Assembly: GCA_951406725.2 (NCBI GenBank)
Contig: OX597826.1
Span: forward strand, 1,922,001 to 1,986,000
Direction: 5' to 3'
Length of the DNA stretch: 64,000 bases
DNA from: Octopus vulgaris
Taxonomy: Eukaryota
Positions 58,584 through 64,000 of this stretch are shown here, one piece after another. Each line of letters opens with the position of its first letter. The first letter of the stretch is position 1. Made by a program: the position numbers and the translations under genes. The notes beneath the pieces are model-generated. The model saw only the letters and a list, made by a program, of their open reading frames with translations. It was not told the DNA's origin and searched no databases.

Positions 58584-59411
58584 CAGGGTGTGCTGAATAA
58601 GCTGTTGAAATGAAAATAACACGGACATCTCATTTTAACAGATATATTTACCAAAATTGCATAAAAATATCTTGAAATACGAAAGAGTAAATTTATTCAA
58701 TAAAATCGCCATTGGCTTTAACCACGGCCTCCAGACGGCCTGGGTATCTCCTGCATGTCTTCTGGACTGTCTCCGTGTTTAAGTTGGTGAATGTTGCCAT
58801 AATCCTTGCTTTCACTTTATCTTTGGTGTTACAAGGAGTTTTGGTTAGTCCCTTACTCAACTGCGCTCCATATATAATAATCAAAGGGTTTGCAGTCTGG
58901 GGTGTTAGATGGCCAGATGTTAAGGGTGATGTAGTCGCAGAGATTGTCTGACAGCCATTACTGGGTTCTCCTGCTTGTGTGGCATGTTGCACGAAACCTG
59001 TTGCCAGACATAGAGTCTTTTAACAGCCACCCTATTTATCCAGGGCAGCACTGGTACCAGTTTTATGTCTGAGGCCGTGTCGGAAGATGAATGGAGGCAT
59101 AATATCGCCATCACTAGTGATCACTCCAAACACCATCATGTTGACTGGATGTTTGATTTTTATCACTCTCGGTACATGTCCTCAGATTGACACCCAGACA
59201 CTCTGAAACGTTTGTAGTGGAGCTTCTGGCGCGAAAATCAAGCAGTACAACACATCGTTTCCAAACGTGAATTGCGTCATGGTGCTGTTTTTCCCTCTGA
59301 CGGTGCCCAACTGACTCTACTCTACTGTGCAGCCGACAAAATCAAAAACAAACAATGCACATGTGCGAAATTAAAACTATAAAAGGGAGATAATTTACCC
59401 ATCGGACCCTG
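58584..59411 (-). mobile_element. Internally deleted Tc1/mariner-superfamily (maT/DD37D-like) transposon
   Basis: ta-CAGGGTG ... GACCCTG-ta ends; KHPVNMMVFGVITSDGDIMPPFIF, VWQQ, a WPPNSPDCNPLDY-like segment, RLEAVVKANGDFIE. Confidence 0.8.
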
Positions 59412-59417
59412 TATATA

Positions 59418-60356
59418 CGCGATGCATTCATTAAGTAACCGAACTGTGGGCATAAAAAAAATTTGTACATTTCACAAATTTTATTTAATCACCATCAAAA
59501 TACTGCTCTTGGGAGTTCTCACACTTCTCCCAGCCTCCCAGCAATTTTACCACTGTTGGTAACACCTCTGGAATGCCTTCTCAGGAATGTTATGGAGCTC
59601 CACCACCGCTTTTTAAATAATTTCTCTCTCGATTTAAATCGCTTCCCTTTCAGCGTGATTTTCAATTTTGGGAAGAGAGAGATTGCTCACTGTGTCGAGT
59701 GGGGCGAGTGGAGAGCCTGTCGAGCAAGCGGTGTGTTGGTTTTGATCAGGAAAGTTGGATTACAAGGCGCATTAAAAAGTGTCCGACTTAACTTTTACGC
59801 CTACACTCTCCGCATGCACAAATCTTCCGTGAAAATGGAACGCTTTGATCCTCAGCTTATTCCCACAGCGTGAGTAATTTCCTGAATTGTTACATGATGC
59901 TCTTCCATGACTAATCGCCGAACGTTCTCAATTGTCTCTTCCTTCCGGCTTGCGGATGGCCAGCCTGAGCGTGGCTCGTTCTCCATTTGAGTGCGGCCAT
60001 ATTTATAGCTGTTGTACCATCCCTTGATCTGAGTTTCACCCATGGTATCATCGCCAAAAACCTGCCGAATCTTCTGGATGGTTTGAGCTTGAGCATCACC
60101 AAAATTTTGGAAAATCTTGATACAATATCTCTGCACGATGCGTTTGGTCACCTTACATAAAAATATAAGTCAGAGGAGCGTGAATTATATGTCTGTACTC
60201 TAGGCACAACAGTCGAAAACTGACGCACCTACCGGCGCAAAAAGTTTTACCCATATGCAGGAAGGATAGCATCACCTTTCCCTCACAGGGTTTTGCCCAC
60301 GCAACATTAATTTTGGCGGGATAATATAAAATGGGACACCTCTTGAATACACCTCT
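59418..60356 (-). mobile_element. Internally deleted mariner transposon
   Basis: ORF 59852-60151 QRYCIK...VFGDD...W...GRTQMENEPRSG (mariner HTH); C-terminal LFPKLKITLKGKRF; degenerate TIRs. Confidence 0.85.
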
Positions 60357-60364
60357 TATATAAA

Positions 60365-60755
60365 TTCTTCCGTCAGGCTCCCACTGGCTTGCAGTTGTCG
60401 CCTCCTTAATTTTCTGAACTAGTGAATTGTAGTCCTCATTAAGCACTTCAGGTTGACCTTCCTGTTGATAGCTCCTTGTAACGGCGTCGCATCAAAGGCC
60501 TTAATGTGCTGATTCTTCATTGAGATGTGCTGAGCCTTTATCCTCTCTGATTTCGCTGATCTTCGCCCGTAGCAAGCAATGATTGCTGCCTATGTTGAAG
60601 AGTGCTATGACGGAAACGCCTTGCAGTAGAAGCCGTTAATGTAGTCAATATCATTTTTCTACTGAGCGTTTGGGGTTATTCAGGTCCATCTCTTCTCAGG
60701 ATCCCCCTAAATAGGGTGTTTCCAGTGTAAAATCTTCTTGTCTATAGCATGGTAA
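60365..60755 (-). pseudogene. APE endonuclease fragment of an RTE-like LINE
   Basis: KRWT*ITPN...KNDIDYI...VSV...GSNHCLLRAKI, matching the WTW.SPN / IDY / SDH motifs. Confidence 0.7.
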
Positions 60756-61146
60756 CCAACGTTCGTCTCTTTCGTTCCTCTATACATGAAACCATTGGTA
60801 GCCTTGTTAACCCACAAATAAAAAATATTTATCCATCAATGCAGTGTTGAGCACTCATTCTCACTGTTCGACATTAGTGTGTGTGTGTGTGAGTGTACGT
60901 GAGTGTGTGAGTGTACGTGAGTGTGTGTGTATGTGTATATATATATATGTATATATGGAGGCTGTGCTTTCCAAAATGGAGGCGAATACCTTTTTCCATA
61001 TGATCGGCTTGGGAAATTGTTAAGACACTAGGATATTTCCTACTTTTCTTAACCTGAAATCAATGGTAGCCTTAAATCACACATAAAGAAACAATATCCT
61101 CCAATGCAGTGTTGAGTACGCCTTTACATCGTTCGACATCTACGTA

Positions 61147-61281
<135 letters not shown>

Positions 61282-61283
61282 TC

Positions 61284-61353
<70 letters not shown>

Positions 61354-61405
61354 AATATGTGTGTGTGTAGGTGTGTGTTGTTATGTATATTTATGCTTGT
61401 ATGTA

Positions 61406-61479
<74 letters not shown>

Positions 61480-61671
61480 TGTGTGTGTGTGTGTCTCTGT
61501 ATATATATATGTAGATGTTTATTTGTATATATACATTTGTATCTGAACAGACACGATTATGTATGTATACGTAATACACACACACACATTCACACGCACA
61601 TATATATGTGCATTATGCATCATATTTATACACTGGTATATAAATGTAACTATATCTATGTATATACATAC

Positions 61672-61706
<35 letters not shown>

Positions 61707-62285
61707 TATATCTAAATCTATCTATCTACCTCTCTATTTATATTTCTTTCTTTCCTTCTTTCCTATCTTTCCTTTTTCTCTTTCTTTCTATATTACGGGT
61801 ATGTTCATTTTTCAAGCTATCACTTGATAGACTATTCATACAAGTTAACTTCATTTTTATTCATATCTGCCAAATATCAACAAAATTATAAAAACGTAAA
61901 ATAAATAAATTCATCTCCCGCATCTTTTCTCTTGAAAACTTAACCATTTTTTGAAGGCTTTTTTTTTTTTTTGCTCTATAGCATATTGCTTTGTTTTTAG
62001 AAGAACAAGAAATCCTTTAAAAATGTCGATACAACATTTCTTGATGCGGAATGATTTTTCTCATGCGAAATTTCACGATGGAAAAACAGTCTGAAGAAAA
62101 TGTTAACTACAGTTTGAATTATGAAACTTCTGGAAAAGGCACGGAACAGACCGATTGAACTTATGTATTCAGAATTTATATGTGTGTTTAACAGATAATG
62201 TATCATTGATGCTTGGCAATGAAATTTCGAAACAGTTTATATACACACAGACACGCACATACACATATGTATACACACACACATA

Positions 62286-62328
<43 letters not shown>

Positions 62329-62782
62329 GTATGTATGTATATGTATATGCATATATATATGTATATATTTACTGTTTTGGAATGGTGTAAGGGAAACGGA
62401 AACTCTGAGATTTTCAATATATTTTAAGGAAAAATCCATGAGGATTTTTTGCTGTATCATAGAAAATATCGATTCGGAATATGAATCGTGAAGCGAATAA
62501 ATCTGTTTTACCTATGCTTTGCTTACTCTTACGTACAACTTGTCACATAAATATTATTGCCTTATTTTGACAAAAAAATTGTTGCCTAAAAGGGAAAAAA
62601 TCAAATCACGCACGCACGCACGCACATGCACACACACGCGCATACATTCACACACATACACGAGTGTGTATGCATGTGTGTCTGTATATATATATATATG
62701 TGTATATATATATGTTTGTATGTATGTCCGTTTATATATGTATATATATATATATGCATAAACACGCACAAATGTGTGTGCA

Positions 62783-62814
<32 letters not shown>

Positions 62815-63519
62815 CTTACATACACACACGTACACACACAGTCACACACACATACACATATACTTATATATAGATACATACACACACACTCATACGCACA
62901 CACACACACACTCACACACACACGTACACACACACGTACGCATGCGCTCAACACATGAACAAATGAGAAACGAAGTCAGCGCGAAAAATGATAGCACGAC
63001 ATTTTATTAGAGAAAAAAATGTATTTGTTGATTACGCGAATGAATGAATCCTCAAATTTTCAAATTCCACATCAGTCGAATAGGTTTTCCATCTTGCTTT
63101 TCGTTTAGCCCAGGGTCTGCGCGGAACTGGTAGATCCTTGATCAAAATCATTCCTATTGTGATCGTCCCTTCGTTTTTATTTACACTGTTATTTCTTAAA
63201 GGTACTTCCTGTTTAAAATGGAAGAATGGGGAGCTGAAAGGAGATTTGGTTGCTGTTTTTGGCAGGTCGATCGACACGAAAAGGTTCGATCCCTTGTTAG
63301 TATAATACTCTAAAGAAGAGAATATTAGATCTGAGTGAAATATGAACTAATTTAATATTTTGAGGTCCATATTGAGTGCTTCTTTTTCATTGTGTTGTTG
63401 TTGTTTGACTTATTGTTGATATTTTTGGGAAAGTTAATCTTGGTCATCTCGTCCATTTTTGCTTCATTCACGTTTTGGTATGAATATTAATCTTTTATTC
63501 TCTTATTTGTTTAATTTAT

Positions 63520-64000
63520 TTGACTGAGGCCATGCTGGAGCACCGCTTTAGTCGAAGAAATCGACCCCAAGACTTATTCTTTGTAAGCCTAGTACCTATT
63601 CTGTCGTTCTGTTTTACCGAACCGCTAAGTTACGGGGACGTAATCACACCAAAATCAGTTGTCAAGCGATTGTAGTGGGAACAAACACACAAACGCAGAC
63701 AACATATGCTATAATCATAAACGGCACATTTTAGCCATTTCTCCGCAGACTGAAGATTGAAAAAAAACAGAATGAATTTTTGGGTTCCCATTAGAGGCGT
63801 CCACATCCTTCTGACAGTCTCTAAAGAAGCAAGCAGCCAAACTGCTTATGTACTCACAAATGCAGCAGATACTCTATGAAGGAGTCTCTAATTTGCATAC
63901 CGGAAGTGTTTAACAATATATAAATATATAAATACCAGCAGCCTGTCATAGGACGGGCTTCTTTCAGTTTCCGTCTACCAAATCCACTCACAGGTCTCGG
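63520..64000 (-). mobile_element. SINE family A with an internal insertion, running off the window end
   Basis: GGCCATGCTGGAGCACCGC...GACGGGCTTCTTTCAGTTTCCGTCTACC. Confidence 0.85.

Overview
AT-rich, microsatellite-saturated eukaryotic non-coding DNA; the SINE and repeat content resembles an octopus/cephalopod genome (inference, not verified). No intact host gene is recognisable. Nearly all ORF-track entries are microsatellite translations, and the real coding remnants are all decayed transposons: R4/Dong-type RLE non-LTR retrotransposons sitting in (TAA)n or (TACA)n arrays, a full-length Tigger/pogo relic, two Tc1/mariner relics, an RTE-like endonuclease fragment, MITEs, Helentron-like ends and dozens of tRNA-derived SINE copies. 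The most interesting signal is non-coding. Several short elements that look unrelated in sequence carry type I hammerhead ribozyme (HHR) motifs (stem I-CUGANGA-stem II-GAAA-palindromic stem III-NUH) and are arranged as inverted or partial-tandem repeats, as in Penelope-like element (PLE) termini and retrozymes. They include a tRNA-headed, HHR-ended element at 9.3-9.8 kb, a 362-bp-unit element at 14.4-14.9 kb, and a 610-bp fold-back with two extended-stem-II HHRs at 42.5-43.1 kb. Coordinates were read by eye and may be off by a few bases.
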